Part shown: piece by piece, positions 48,901 through 60,076 of the stretch
How the letters are laid out: each line of letters opens with the position of its first letter
Position numbering within the stretch: the stretch's first letter is position 1
Assembly: GCA_032718475.1 (NCBI GenBank)
Contig: JAUCBJ010001685.1
Coordinates: forward strand, 1-61,423
Source: Nemertoderma westbladi
Taxonomy: Eukaryota; Animalia; Xenacoelomorpha
Reading direction: 5' to 3'
Length of the DNA: 61,423 nucleotides
Position numbers and translations under genes: made by a program
The notes under the pieces: model-generated
The model's database searches: none
The model's input: only the letters and a program-made list of their open reading frames with translations
What the model was told of the DNA's origin: nothing

Positions 48901-50967
48901 AATGATAGTGGATGTATTACATTCCATTGCCTTACTTTTGTCACAAATTATAGGTCTAGGTTCGCTCTCACTACAAATATCAGTGGGTGCAGTATCTATA
49001 ACATCTGAAATTTGAATACGTAGAGTTTCAATGTTATTATTATCATTTTTCTTTACTTTTCCATAGGATAACAGTTCCGATTCATCATTACCTAATGATG
49101 GGTTGTGTTGGTCCATTTCTTGAGGTAGTAAAAATGCTGAAATGCAACACTCAGTATCTCTGAATCCATAGAATTCCTCATTGTCTGCTGATGAAATATT
49201 TTCACTTTTTTCATTTTCAATATTTGCAGTCATTTTTGGTAGGTGCATTGTATTTTGCAAACACTTAGTACCGGTTGTTATATTAAGATTTTCTAATTGT
49301 AGTTCAGTGCTTGGTTGTAGTGTTTTGGGAACTTCAGTCTTAACACTTGAAGTATTACGATTTTCTAATTGATATTCAGTGTTCGGTTGTTGCATTTTGA
49401 GAACTTCAGAATTAACAGTTGGTGAAGTTGCAGAAGTAGGAGTAGGTGAAGATGCAATTGTATTTGTGCTACACAATTTTGACATTGAGATGTCAGTTTC
49501 AGCTCTTTTCTCCGGGTCATTATTTTTACTCTTTATCCTAGTAATAAATGGTGGTAAGAAGTGAACCATATCTAATAGCTTTGTCTTAGTATCAATTGTG
49601 GTAGTTGTTGTACAGGGCATCACTGGAACCTGTAATGTACTTAAAAAAGTCGACTCAGGACACACGCTGGTGAAAATATGATCTGACTCTGCAGAAATTC
49701 CAACATCATTGTTTATTTGCATTGTTTCACTGGCAAATCCATGTTTTTGTTTCACATGTGACTTTTCAGTAGAGCCATTAGTATTGTTTTTATGTGATAT
49801 TGTAATGGAAGCACGTAATTTTAAAATGTCAGAAATATTATTATCCAATGTTTTGTATGGTTGCGCATCTGTTAGAGGTAAAGTTATTGGAGTAGATGTT
49901 ATGTTATTCATTTTGGCAGAGGCCACTGGTGTCCTTTTAACAGGATTCATTTTGGCAGAGGCCACTGGTGTCCTTTTAACAGGAGACGGTGTTAGATCAA
50001 TATTACATCTCAATTTGGTAGGAGTATTGCAAACCGACCTCGGCAACCTAATCCCAATACGACCAATATTATCATCGCTGGAATAATTGTATCGATCTCT
50101 GGCTGGTGTCCTATTCAGTAGTTTACGAGTTTTCAACCCTGAAGCTCGTTTGATGCTTCCATTAGACAATACGTCTACAGTATTCCCTAGTGTATCATTC
50201 AGAACATCATCCATTTGTTGTAAATCTTCATCTTCTGTGTCCCCACTGTTATTGACTTCCATATTATTGTGCACGTTTGAAACATATACCTTTTCAGGAG
50301 ATACATTATTATAACCAGTGTGTAATTTTGTTTTAGTATTTTTCTCTATATAGAAGAGTTTTCTTTCCAGTAATTTAGCACGTACTTTGTAATGTTGAAG
50401 TTCAGATGCAGTAAATTTAAGTTTTTCTTTTTGTTTCTTTACCTCTTGCCGAGGAGAAATTGCTGCATTCTTTAATAAACTGTACATTTGAGTATGTTTG
50501 GAATCCAATATTTGAATTTTACCATGTAGTTCCTGTATAACTTCATCCTTTCTTTCATTATTATGCCGCAATTGTTCTATTTCTTCCTTCAGTGGTTGGT
50601 GCTGATTTAGTATAGTCTTTAGTTGGTCCTGCAGAGACTGGCATTCCCTTTCTTTATTCATTACTACTTTGTTAACTTCTTGAAGTGTTTCTTGCATAAC
50701 ATTGTATTCACTGTTGGCACTATTTAGCTTATTTAACATTGAGTCAATATTAATAATCTTCTTTTTAGTTAGTAATGTGAGAGTTCGGAAATCACAGCTC
50801 CATTTGTAACATTTTGAGCATTGGGGTTGTGGAATAGATTTGTAATTTACATTGTTATCTAGGTCACCATCACCATTGTGTTGAATACCTTCCATAATAT
50901 TTTGGAACTCATATAACTCCCCATTTCCATTAACCACATGATTATTTATGCAATTTTTTCCTTCCAT
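45982..50967 (-). CDS. ICE1: ICE1-like little elongation complex subunit 1, single coding exon, nested in TMEM181 intron 5
   Basis: 1661-aa ORF. N-terminal CxxC then KKKIINIDSML (recalled vertebrate ICE1: KQKIINTDNLL) and a long coiled coil; low-complexity S/T/N/K-rich middle; helical C-terminal region with W.W....L....LFP...W, IFRLFG.L and VELAAA.A..DL resembling the ICE1 C-terminus. Recognised by eye. Confidence 0.75.
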   Translation of the reverse strand: MEGKNCINNHVVNGNGELYEFQNIMEGIQHNGDGDLDNNVNYKSIPQPQCSKCYKWSCDFRTLTLLTKKKIINIDSMLNKLNSANSEYNVMQETLQEVNKVVMNKERECQSLQDQLKTILNQHQPLKEEIEQLRHNNERKDEVIQELHGKIQILDSKHTQMYSLLKNAAISPRQEVKKQKEKLKFTASELQHYKVRAKLLERKLFYIEKNTKTKLHTGYNNVSPEKVYVSNVHNNMEVNNSGDTEDEDLQQMDDVLNDTLGNTVDVLSNGSIKRASGLKTRKLLNRTPARDRYNYSSDDNIGRIGIRLPRSVCNTPTKLRCNIDLTPSPVKRTPVASAKMNPVKRTPVASAKMNNITSTPITLPLTDAQPYKTLDNNISDILKLRASITISHKNNTNGSTEKSHVKQKHGFASETMQINNDVGISAESDHIFTSVCPESTFLSTLQVPVMPCTTTTTIDTKTKLLDMVHFLPPFITRIKSKNNDPEKRAETDISMSKLCSTNTIASSPTPTSATSPTVNSEVLKMQQPNTEYQLENRNTSSVKTEVPKTLQPSTELQLENLNITTGTKCLQNTMHLPKMTANIENEKSENISSADNEEFYGFRDTECCISAFLLPQEMDQHNPSLGNDESELLSYGKVKKNDNNNIETLRIQISDVIDTAPTDICSESEPRPIICDKSKAMECNTSTIIGVDLLLSSDSEMEYETNDGLKPQLQGNKRIITNTFAAFDSPSTNMKVSSYTGDAVWLSNCDNINSSDKEEISHESKSSIMDVSCKKTQALVKSNQVSEILRFIANLPDLSDIVKPPDMAIKAVKNAESILLLEESFGFETYSKLPVKGDAGKGKTNYTYMQDSFFTNGSSMLEKEKYAGQIFKSNNLPECVLVPKKNKKIMSSLNYNLVKTKSASNVAEIWSTLSKPKQRLSSKITKKDHLPVPKTTPIEHEISKPEISSQNKAPQYIDCSGDSTDDDIESEVSPTDQDQHTSIREHIIPVYTTLKEPCDNTNTTKTPSVKEIVIDVLSGTINTGEAVTMLLPVSSSDLDTDINILFLQIYRNCKTNAESITNVAEMLNLQEDHAKQMLLPLNTSEQNIVELIVALNSRGKWKGLFYPNFARYGIQFLLMEPLNCINNKIAFIHIISNIAEQLHQYDVIECITQELVVTKPCDWLKMIIHIAAKSPNSLLRKRNTLQPCTQVIEVVTMRKLSKNDLLTAEERLSGVLVLANIWGWDASLDTKCLEELCLEFVKQLLNESKHHNKQHSHEIPPATFALVKAIHILCRIIEWSWVTNVLVKRSLFPIVSAWGIQQKRQSKILNSLSEFHEETESYNKEASNASTAHDVSIKTDNHFQQTINLSRPPSNECLGAIFRLFGWLSLQVRDNNSSDLGSTFLDICCDVLKLSYKENTIDTVLNPCVELAAAIAAMDLMGLKTTFTMGILKEWGDNRPSVAKFLRGSLSQMFPSTKQSKKSKKKIKGKNNKIRKSSKEKVQAQQNNEKDNSQVQPRKLRQQSHNSMLGIFDESIDNYTEIIPTKRGKMANQNQVGMNHEVIGGPHANGNSKGGVKIGECGRGNGRGNFRGRGNGRGNLRGRGNFRGNGRGNIRGNGRGNIRGNGRGNIRGNGMGSTYGNGRGSNHGNGNGSTHGKEGRGSFRGMGRINRQCVSYDDLMC

Positions 50968-53900
50968 AACTAAACTAACTAGGTACCACTCTACGGTATA
51001 CCGGGGCGGTACTAGTAATAGATAGGCCTATGGTTAATATTGTGGAAATACCAGTACAGCAGTAGGGCCTATAGTGTTTGTTTGTGCCCTGTACTGCTGT
51101 ATTTTTTCTTACTGTCTTATTATTACTTATATTATTATTCCATTCCATACAGCATACTGCAAACAGCCATACCCATTAACCCATATACCAGTATACCCTG
51201 ATACCGGTATTGCATTGCTGTATTGCCAAATTGACATATAATATATAAAACTTTGACCCGCCACTATTCAGCTATCAGGCTATTGCAGTATTGCCTAGGC
51301 TACTACAGTACGGTACTGCAGTACCGGTATATTACTGTCTGCTAGTCTGACGATCACGATACAGTCCTCACACGGACCCGCGCTGTCTAGTTGCAGACTG
51401 CCAGGCAGCTGATCAGAATGACAGACATACAGTGGACAGTGCAGCAGTCTGGCAGTGGAGCCTGGTAAAACGAAAAGCGGGCCAGACATAACATTCAATG
51501 CGCGCCAACCAATCACCATGAAATTTTGCAATTATTACTGTCAGACTGTATTATATTATTTATTGTATGTAATCATTTATCAGTTTTTATACTACGTACT
51601 ACAGCAGGCCTACAGTATTTTAACATTAAAAGGCGAGCGTAGCGAGCAAATATGTTTTGCAGAAATGTAAACATTAATACAGTAAAGCAAAAAAGCAAAG
51701 TAGGTCAACTCTGTTAGTAGGTCAACCGACTGTCAGACTGTTTTTAAATACAGATGTGATTAAATTGCGAGCGTAGCGACTCTAGCAAGCAAGAAAATTT
51801 TAACATTTATAGCAGGCCAACCAACTGTTTTTAAATATAGAATATGATCATGGATTAAATTGTGAGCGTAGCGAGCATGATAATTTGGTTTATACTGGTT
51901 TGAACAATTGAAAAACTGAAAAACTTTTGATACAACTCATGTTTTTAAAAGGAGTAGGCCTACTGCAGTACTGCGCTGCGAGTGCAGGATTGCAATAATA
52001 ATTTAATATGCTGCTATTACCAGGTAACCAGATTACACTGTTACATTACAATACAATCAACTGCAGGGTCGTGTGGCGCGCATTGAGGATCCTGACGCGC
52101 ATATGGATGTCATGCAGTCATGTACGTACATGTACGTACAGCAGCAAAGCAATACACTCGCAACATACTGACATATCTAGATCTACACTACTGTCTGACT
52201 GTACTTGAAATTATACCAGTACAGCAGTATGGTTATAAAGTTTTTTTTTTTTACTCAAAAGCCTCCATATATTATAATACTGTAATATTAACAAACAATA
52301 ATTCGAATATAAAAACGCACAAAAACAAGTACAAATATAACCCACCACCAGCTGATTCAAACTGTTACCTAGCAACAATACAAATTGGTTCTGTACCCGT
52401 CATGTATGGTTATAAAGAGTCAAAAAGTTTGCTCGCTTCGCTCGCGTTTGTGATTATCTGATTCAAATATCCTACTCATATCAGCATATCCATTATTTCA
52501 ATAGGCCTAACCCTATTACCGGTACTGTATCTGTTTACAGGTTAATGAACCTATCAGCCTATATCAGTAGTTCCCTGCCTTGTCAATGCTTGTCAGCTTG
52601 TGCCTTAAACTGCTTTGCACTCCCTCGTGCCAGCATGCTGACATGCTACACTGTGGACAAACAGACAAACCGACAGATTGAGCATTGAGGTACCCATTTT
52701 AATCATCTCACTTCACATTCAGACATTTTCCTGCGTTGAAATAGGCAATAGGATGATAGGTCCAGTAGGTATCAGTAGCCGATTATTAGGCCTACACCTA
52801 ACTGTTGGTTGATTCCAGGTGCTGAGGTGGGGCTTGGCTGCTTGGACTTTTGGAGACAACAAAGGTCAGAAGGTTAAATGGCAGAATAGCTGAATGGCAG
52901 TAGGGAACATATTAAATAATATTATATTATATCATATTAAATAAGCTCCAAAAGTGGGTTCTTATTTAAGGAAAATGGCGCTTATTTAGGGGTTTTTGGG
53001 CCTTTTTGGGATATTTTTTCGATATAATATGCAATAACTTGTTTCAGGAAAAAATACCGCATAATTTTATTTCACAATGTAAAAGTTGGGTCTTTCTTGA
53101 ACATAAACTGATAAAGCAAAAAACCAGAAAACATTTCACCGTCCGGTTTTTTTTCTACAAGCGTTTTAAAATTGCATCAAAAATACGACTAGTTCCTAAA
53201 TACAGAAATAAGGGGGATTTTTTAAATTTACCTTATTTAAGATATCGAAATTGTACACATAGATACTAAAAGTCCCTAAATAAGAACTTTTTGACCTGGG
53301 TTTCTTATTTAGGAATACAATTGTATTCCTAAATCTGCACATTCCTTAAATAAAATAAATATTCCTTATTCCTTACAGTATGTGTACACTTCTTTCATAA
53401 TTCTTTGATTTATGTCAGTCTGTATATTGCTAATTGTTGGGTTAAGGATAAGGACAATGGTTGCACTGCACTCTATAAATCCTCTATAGAATATCGTATC
53501 ATAATTAAGTTGCTAGCACTGGCATTCTTACCGGTACCACACACGGTAGCATAGAATAGCCCATTCTGCCATTGATATTCAAAAGAATAGCCCATTGCCC
53601 ATCTGAGTGCACATACATTGTCACGTATTTCGATGAAACATGACTCAAGTAACTGGACATCGCCGCACAGTTTCGAAAAACTAACTTGTGTCCTGCATTT
53701 CCTCTTCTGCTCCGCGTTACGCCCCACTTACATGGATTGTCCACAATGTTGTACTTGAAAGGTGTGAAAAAAGTGAAAAACCAATGTCAATGTCATGTCA
53801 ATAGGCACAAAGATGGTTCGGTTGGGCAGCTGATAGACGTTATGAAGGTTAAAGATGATGACTGGATGACGTTTTGGCTCAACTGGCTCAGGCAGGAGTG

Positions 53901-54034
53901 GGACACGTTCGTGGGACCTTTGCGCAGCATGAAGTGAGCAAAGCCTTAGCTAGCCCTAGCTGATAGGGGCCCCACCCCATTAACATGTTGTCTTTCGTTA
54001 GTCAGAGGTCGTTCAACACAATACTCGTCTCCTT

Positions 54035-54235
54035 AATTTGCCTCATTGCGTTCGTTTGTTTTTTACCAAACTTCAGATTATTTCTAATCTTTTGACAGAC
54101 TACATACATACTAAGTTTCGTTTAATTTCATCAAGGAATGACCGAGTTATTAGCGATAAAAAATTTACAACGACGACAGACAACTCGTTAATAACACCCA
54201 TATGCTAAGGCTTCGCTCACTTGAACGTGGCTCTC
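54035..54235 (-). mobile_element. Dispersed repeat, copy 2 (inverted relative to 15965)
   Basis: Reverse complement match to 15965-16165, including CTAAGGCTTCGCTCACTT...GTGGCTC. Confidence 0.75.
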
Positions 54236-54259
54236 CCCCACATTCAATCCGGTTCGACG

Positions 54260-56215
54260 CAGTTTGTTGCTCATTGCTGCTCGTTGTGCTTTATTATTTC
54301 TCATTGTTGGTCATTGTTGCTTGTTGGTGCTCGTTAGTTGTACTTTATTATTGCTCGTTGTTGCTCGTTGTACTCTATTATTGCTCGTTGTTGCTCATTG
54401 TTACCCATTGTTGCTCGTTGTTGTACTTTATTATTGCTCGTTCAATCGTTGTTGCTCATTGTTTCTAACTGTTGCTCATTGTTGCTCGTTGTTGTACTTT
54501 ATTTCGTTTATTATTGCTCATTTTTGCTCGTTGTTGCTCATTGCTACTCATTGTTGCTCGTTCAGTCGTTGTTCCTCATTATTGCTCGTTGTTGTACTTT
54601 ATTATTGCTCAATGCTGCAATGTTACTCGTTGTTGCTCATTGTTGCTCGTTGTTTTGTTACTCATCAGCTCATTGTTCATTTGTTGCTCGTTGTTGCTTA
54701 TTGTTGGTCATTGTTGCTTGTTGGTGCTCATTGTTGCTCGTTAGTTGTACTTTATTATTGCTCGTTGTTGCTCGTTGTACCCTATTATTGCTCGTTGTTG
54801 CTCATTGTTACTCATTGTTGCTCGTTGTTGTACTTTATTATTGCTCGTTCAATCGTTGTTCCTCATTGTTGCTCGTTGTTGTACTTTATTATTGCTCATT
54901 GTTGCTCGTTGTTGCTCAATATTACTCGTTGTTACTCGGTCAGTCGTTGTTGCTCATTGTTGCTCGTTGTTGTACTTTATTAGGGGCCGTCCAAGTATGA
55001 CGTCTGCACTTTTCCCCAAAATGTTGATTAAAAAAAATTTCGCGTCCTAATCACTGAAACATGGTGACTGGTAACTGAAACAGAAGGTCGTGCTACGGGC
55101 CTTCGGGGGCTTCGAACAATTAAAATAGGCAAGCTATTTACTCTTCTGCTATTGTCTTCTAGCACCTATAAATGAACATGCTGACGTCAGATTATGGCTG
55201 ACCCCCCTCCCCTCCCCTCATCAGCACGTCATCAGATTTTCCCAACCCCCCCCCCCCCTAAAGTGCTGACGTCATACTTTGACGGCCCCTTATTGCTCAT
55301 TGTTGCTCAATATAATAACTCGTTGTTGCTCGTTCAGTCGTTGTTGCTCATTATTGCTGTATTGCTCGTTGTTTCTCGTTGTTGTTCTTTATTATTGCTC
55401 ATTGTTGCTCAGTGTTTCTCATTGTTGCTCAATGTTACTCGTTGTTATACTTTATTATTGCTCAATGTTACTCGTTGTTACTCATTGTCATTGTTGCTCA
55501 TTGTTACTCGTTGTTCCTCATGTCCTAATTATTGCTCGTTGTTTCTCGTTGCTGTACTTTATTATTGCTCATTGTTGCTCGTTGTTTCTCAATGTTGCTC
55601 GTTGTTGTACTTTATTATTGCTCGTTCAGTCGTTGTTGCTCGTTGTTGCTCATTATTACTCAGTGTTACTCGTTGCTCATTGTTGCTCGTTGTTGTACTT
55701 TATTATTGCTCGTTCAGTCGTTGTTCCTCATTGTTGCTCGCTGTTTCTCGTTGTTGTACTTTATCATTGCTCATTGTTGCTCGGTGTTTCTCAATGTTAC
55801 TCGTTTTGCTCATTGTTGCTCGTTCAGTCGTTGTTCCTCATTGTTGCTCATTGTTTTGTTGTTCGTTGTTTCTCGCTGTTGCTCATTGTTGCTCGTTGTT
55901 GTACTTTATTATTGCTCATTTTTGCTCGTTGTTGCTCATTGTTTCTCATTGTTGCTCATTGTTTCTCATTGTTGCTCAATGTTACTCGTAGTAGTCGTAG
56001 TTGCTCATTGTTACTCGTTGTTGCTCATTGTTGCTCGTCCAGTCGTTGTTCCTCATTATTGCTCGTTGTTGTACTTTATTATTGCTCAATGTTACTCGTT
56101 GTTGCTCATTGTTACTCGTTGTTGCTCATTGTTACTCGTTGTTGCTCGTTGTTTTGTTACTCATCAGCTCATTGTTCATTTGTTGCTCATTGTTGGTCAT
56201 TGTTGTGTTGCTCGT
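54260..56215. repeat. Degenerate 9-bp-based simple repeat (TTGTTGCTC[A/G])
   Basis: Direct inspection; produces the L/V/C-rich spurious ORFs at 54202-56300. Confidence 0.95.
54983..55289. mobile_element. PIF/Harbinger-like MITE, 307 bp, TTA TSD
   Basis: TIRs GGGGCCGTCCAAGTATGACGTC and GACGTCATACTTTGACGGCCCC, with TTA on both sides. Removing the element and one TTA restores the host repeat GTACTTTATTATTGCTC. Confidence 0.88.
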
Positions 56216-57662
56216 GGTGCATTTTTGCACCTATCCAATTAAGCTCAGAAGCTCCCTTATCTCTGCATCTTGCAATGTCATGTCAAGGTTAGGCAGGTAG
56301 GAGGTCATAACTGTCATAAGCAGATAAGGGCAGAAGGAGGACGGTGCTGGGAGACGAGGTTATAAGAGACATTATATAAGGATATTTAATTTAATATATG
56401 AGAAATGAGGCCAGTATTGGTTGACAGAAGGAGATACGCAATGCGTATCCCATTGCGCCTCATAATAGCCTCTCCATCAACAAGTCAACCCCATCGACTA
56501 GCGGCACTGGCTGTTTCAGCTGACGGGGCTCTGTCGAAAAACGCGTCCCTGGTGCAGTAAGGGCCAGGGCTGGCAAAGGGCCCCTTACTAAGGGCCCTCT
56601 TTTGAGGAGCAATATTATTATTATCGAGGAACTGCTTCTACTCTCTGTGAGAAATGAGAAATATTTAATTTATTTAAGGAGTATGCAGATTTTGGAATGA
56701 AATTGTATACATAAATAAGAAACCCATGTCAAAAAGTTCTTATTTAAGGACTTTTAGTATTTATGTGTACAATTTCGATGTCTTAAATAAGGTAAATTTA
56801 AAAAATCCCTCTTATTTAGGAACTGGTCGTATTTTTGATGCAATTTTAAAACGCTTGTAGAAAAAAAACCGGACGGTGAAATGTTTTCTGGTTTTTTGCA
56901 TTATGTTCAAGAAAGACCCAACTTTTATATCTGTATATTGTGAAATAAAATTATGCGGTATTTTTTACTGAAACAAGTTCTTGCATATTACCGGTATGTC
57001 GAAAAAATATCCAAAAAAGGCCCAAAAACCCCTAAATAAGAGCCATTTTCCTTAAATAAGAACCCACTTTTGGAGCTTATTTAAGGGTAGGCCTATGTTC
57101 CCTACTGAATGGCAATCGGCCAACTGGCTGACTGCAGGAGTGGCTGACTGACTAGCCAACTCTGTCAGTCAGTCAACTTCAGAACTTCCTAAAATCTGCA
57201 GTCAAACGAACAGACGAATGAACGGTACACCTACTGCTGTACTGCCTACCGGCTGACCGGTAGGCCTAGCGTCTGACCGTACACAGGTACACCTGACACC
57301 TGTACGTACCCGGTCAGCCGGTACACAGTAAGCAGTAAGTGAGTCAGACCTGCAGTGCAGACCACAGAACATTATACTGTTATACCTGAGATAGGCCTGT
57401 ACTGCTGTAGGCCTACTGTTGTACTGTGCGTTAATTATTACAATATTATACCTGTATACACACAGACACAATTCTGCAATTTTCCCTACAGTAAAGTACA
57501 GCAGCAGTACAGCAGTAGGAGTAGAGTACAGGTAGGCCATGCCATGGTCAGATGGTACAGGACTGCTACAGTGCTAGTAGACTGAGCACTCTAAATCAGT
57601 AAATGTTATGTATTTTCAAATGTACAGCAGTACTGGTATCTAAATGTCTGAATGGGTAAAAC

Positions 57663-57972
57663 GAACTTAGATCCTGCACTCCTGCAGGGCCTGACTTTGA
57701 TGAACATAGATCTTTGCGAAGTTAGGTCCTATATGCGAACATAGATCCTATCTGGTTGAACTTAGATCCTAACTAGGTGAACTTAGATCCTAACTAGGTG
57801 AACTTAGATCCCACTTTATACTATTAAAAGCCTTTTGGTAATCACCATGCTAGTCGCGAAGCGAACTTTAGATCCCACGTTGAAAGCAAAGCGAACTTAG
57901 ATCTTAGGTGAACTTAGATCCCAATTTATACAAATTCCTTAGCACCCGCTAGAGGAGAAGCGAACTTAGATC
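57663..57972. repeat. Scattered and tandem GAACTTAGATCC repeats (about 21-bp period)
   Basis: About ten copies of GAAC(T/A)TAGATC; a reverse-complement-like GGATCCAAGTTCGCTT at about 58166 suggests a foldback remnant. Confidence 0.6.
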
Positions 57973-58764
57973 ACAAGTGTACTGTGCATTGGCTGCGTTA
58001 TATCGATATTATAGTATATTGTACTGTGTTACATATTAAGCATATAAAAGTACTTAATAATCTAATGCAAATATGTCATATACTCAAAGTGGTTGCGATC
58101 AGTGACTCACCAACAAACTATAATTTGCCAATTAATAGCTATTCCGTTGCAATGTATTGGTGGTGGGATCCAAGTTCGCTTCCCTTCAAGTGGGATAATA
58201 TTTACAGTAAGGACTGCTGGTCTATTTTTTCTATGGTATTTTAACCCCCTCCAGTGAAAACTCACAACAAAAGTCCAGTGAATTTTTCCCTAGTGTATTT
58301 TAGCTCCCTCTAGTGAAAAGCCGATGTTCCCCGTTCCCATCTTATTAAATATTGGCCATGTGACTTCCTCGAGCCCAGTCTTCTACAATACTACTGTATA
58401 GATTCTGTAGTAATGCACATGCACATTTCAAATAACGAGGTCGTTAGTTTATTTAACATACAGTAGATTTATCCATATAGCCAAGATGGAGAATAGGATC
58501 ACACAAGATTCCCGTAGGCCTACATATTGTTCAATGTGCTAAACCTGGTCTTTGGGATGAGACTTCTGGGTACAATAGTCTACTCACTCCGCCCATTTAG
58601 AAGCCTCGTTGTTTCACCCCCGGTTAAAATACCCTATTAAATTCTAACCGGGGGGTGAAAATACACGAGGGAATTTTAACCTGGAGGTGAATTCTTAGGG
58701 GGGTGGAAATTCTCTCCTACATCTGAGTATGATTGAAACTCGTACTTATTAATCAATGTGGGGG

Positions 58765-58896
58765 GAGCCACGAACTGAGCGAAGCCTTAGCATAGGGATG
58801 CCATTAACGAGTTGTCTGTCGTCGTTTAATTTTTGATTTTTAATAACTCAGTTTTTACTTTATGAAATTCAACCAAACTTTGTACGTATGTAGTTT
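58765..58896 (+). mobile_element. Dispersed repeat, copy 3, interrupted by the CRE-like insertion
   Basis: GAGCCACGAACTGAGCGAAGCCTTAG...AACGAGTTGTCTGTCGTCGT matches 15965 onward; the match resumes briefly after 59913. Confidence 0.75.
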
Positions 58897-59912
58897 TTTT
58901 TATCTCATAGGCTTGGCAACAATGCAATGCCTAAATAATATAGATTATGTATTCAATAATATTCACTTCTGACACATCAGTTACATAATACTACAATAAT
59001 TAGCAACATAATAGACACCGTTTTATATTATGCTGTCTCTTCAGCACTCATCGGGGTCTCGTTAGATACCCAAAGGAATCGCAGCGCCATCCTCAACTCC
59101 CACACACCTCCACTTGGTGCGTGATGCCCTGAAGCAGGCACACGTCGCCCTAAGGATACCAAACGAAAGCACTAAGCAGCGCCCTCACCCACCCCATGAT
59201 ACAGCTATATGGCTTCGCCCATTTAGTAGCTAGTCTCTCTGATAGCCTCCTCACCGTCATTGAGTACTCAGGTGTGAGTACATCATCCACTGTAGCAACC
59301 AGCGGAGTGAAATCTGCTTCCCGGAGAGCACATGCATCATGGTACTTGTTTTTCTTCTGAGTTTCCGGGGGCATCAGGGTCAACGACCCGAACATCGAAC
59401 AATGCCCGCCTCTGTGGCTGCCAGTAACCCCTTACCGAGAGATCAGCGCGCAAACCCTCCACACCACTTTCCTCGTTGGCCTCCCTGATTACAGGTTCCC
59501 GTGATATGCAAGATTCATGGAAAGCTAAACTAAAGAGTGCACCCTGGGTATCCCTGACCTCGTTGTGACGCAGAGCCACTAAACCCTCCTTCTTACAGTC
59601 AAGAGCGTGGGTTGTACTAAAAACTTCGCCACAACCATCGCATTTCGATGGGCCATTAACCAGAGGTCGTCCATACCTAAGGGATAGGCCATCCCAGAAC
59701 TCATTAGCAGACAAATCGAATTGGTGGCGCGCTACTGGAGCTACCGTTAGCCAACCAGAAGCCCGTTCGGAAGAAGCACGTTCAATCGTTCTCACTCTGT
59801 CTGGTGTGAAGCCTACAGTTACAATTCCAAGCACTGCCTCAGCCTTATCTTTCTTCTGGTGCCGAATGTTGTACTGATGGGCTTCCTTCAGGCAGCTTAA
59901 ATGATCTATATA
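58897..59912 (-). mobile_element. 5'-truncated CRE-like non-LTR retrotransposon (zinc knuckle plus restriction-like endonuclease), frameshifted
   Basis: WL...P...FDLSANEF.DGL.LRYG, CDGCG...HALDC, RHNEVRD, RADL, FDVRV, K.KY, FTPLVAT across two frames (59337-59963 and 59150-59395). Short A-tail (T-run at 58894-58901) and a 16-bp TSD TGTACGTATGTAGTTT at 58881 and 59913. Confidence 0.85.
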
Positions 59913-60076
59913 TGTACGTATGTAGTTTGCCAAAAGAGTAATCCACCCCGCGGTAAACGACATACACGTCGCCCAGCAACTACGTTAATTGATCATGACC
60001 TGTCTAGCTTAAGAGGGACACTGGTCTATCTCAACATGAACTATTGCTTGGTTTACTTTTTTATTATTACGCACCT

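Larger units (their letters stand above)
52900..57105. mobile_element. Non-autonomous Mutator-like (MULE) element, 4.2 kb, about 400-bp TIRs, 9-bp TSD
   Basis: Ends GTAGGGAACAT and ATGTTCCCTAC. TGAATGGCA is duplicated at 52891-52899 and 57106-57114. About 52937-53325 is the reverse complement of about 56700-57084. Confidence 0.88.

Noticed and set aside
54202-56300. Cys/Leu/Val-rich ORFs resembling membrane proteins
   Set aside because: Translations of a TTG-rich simple repeat, open in all three forward frames.
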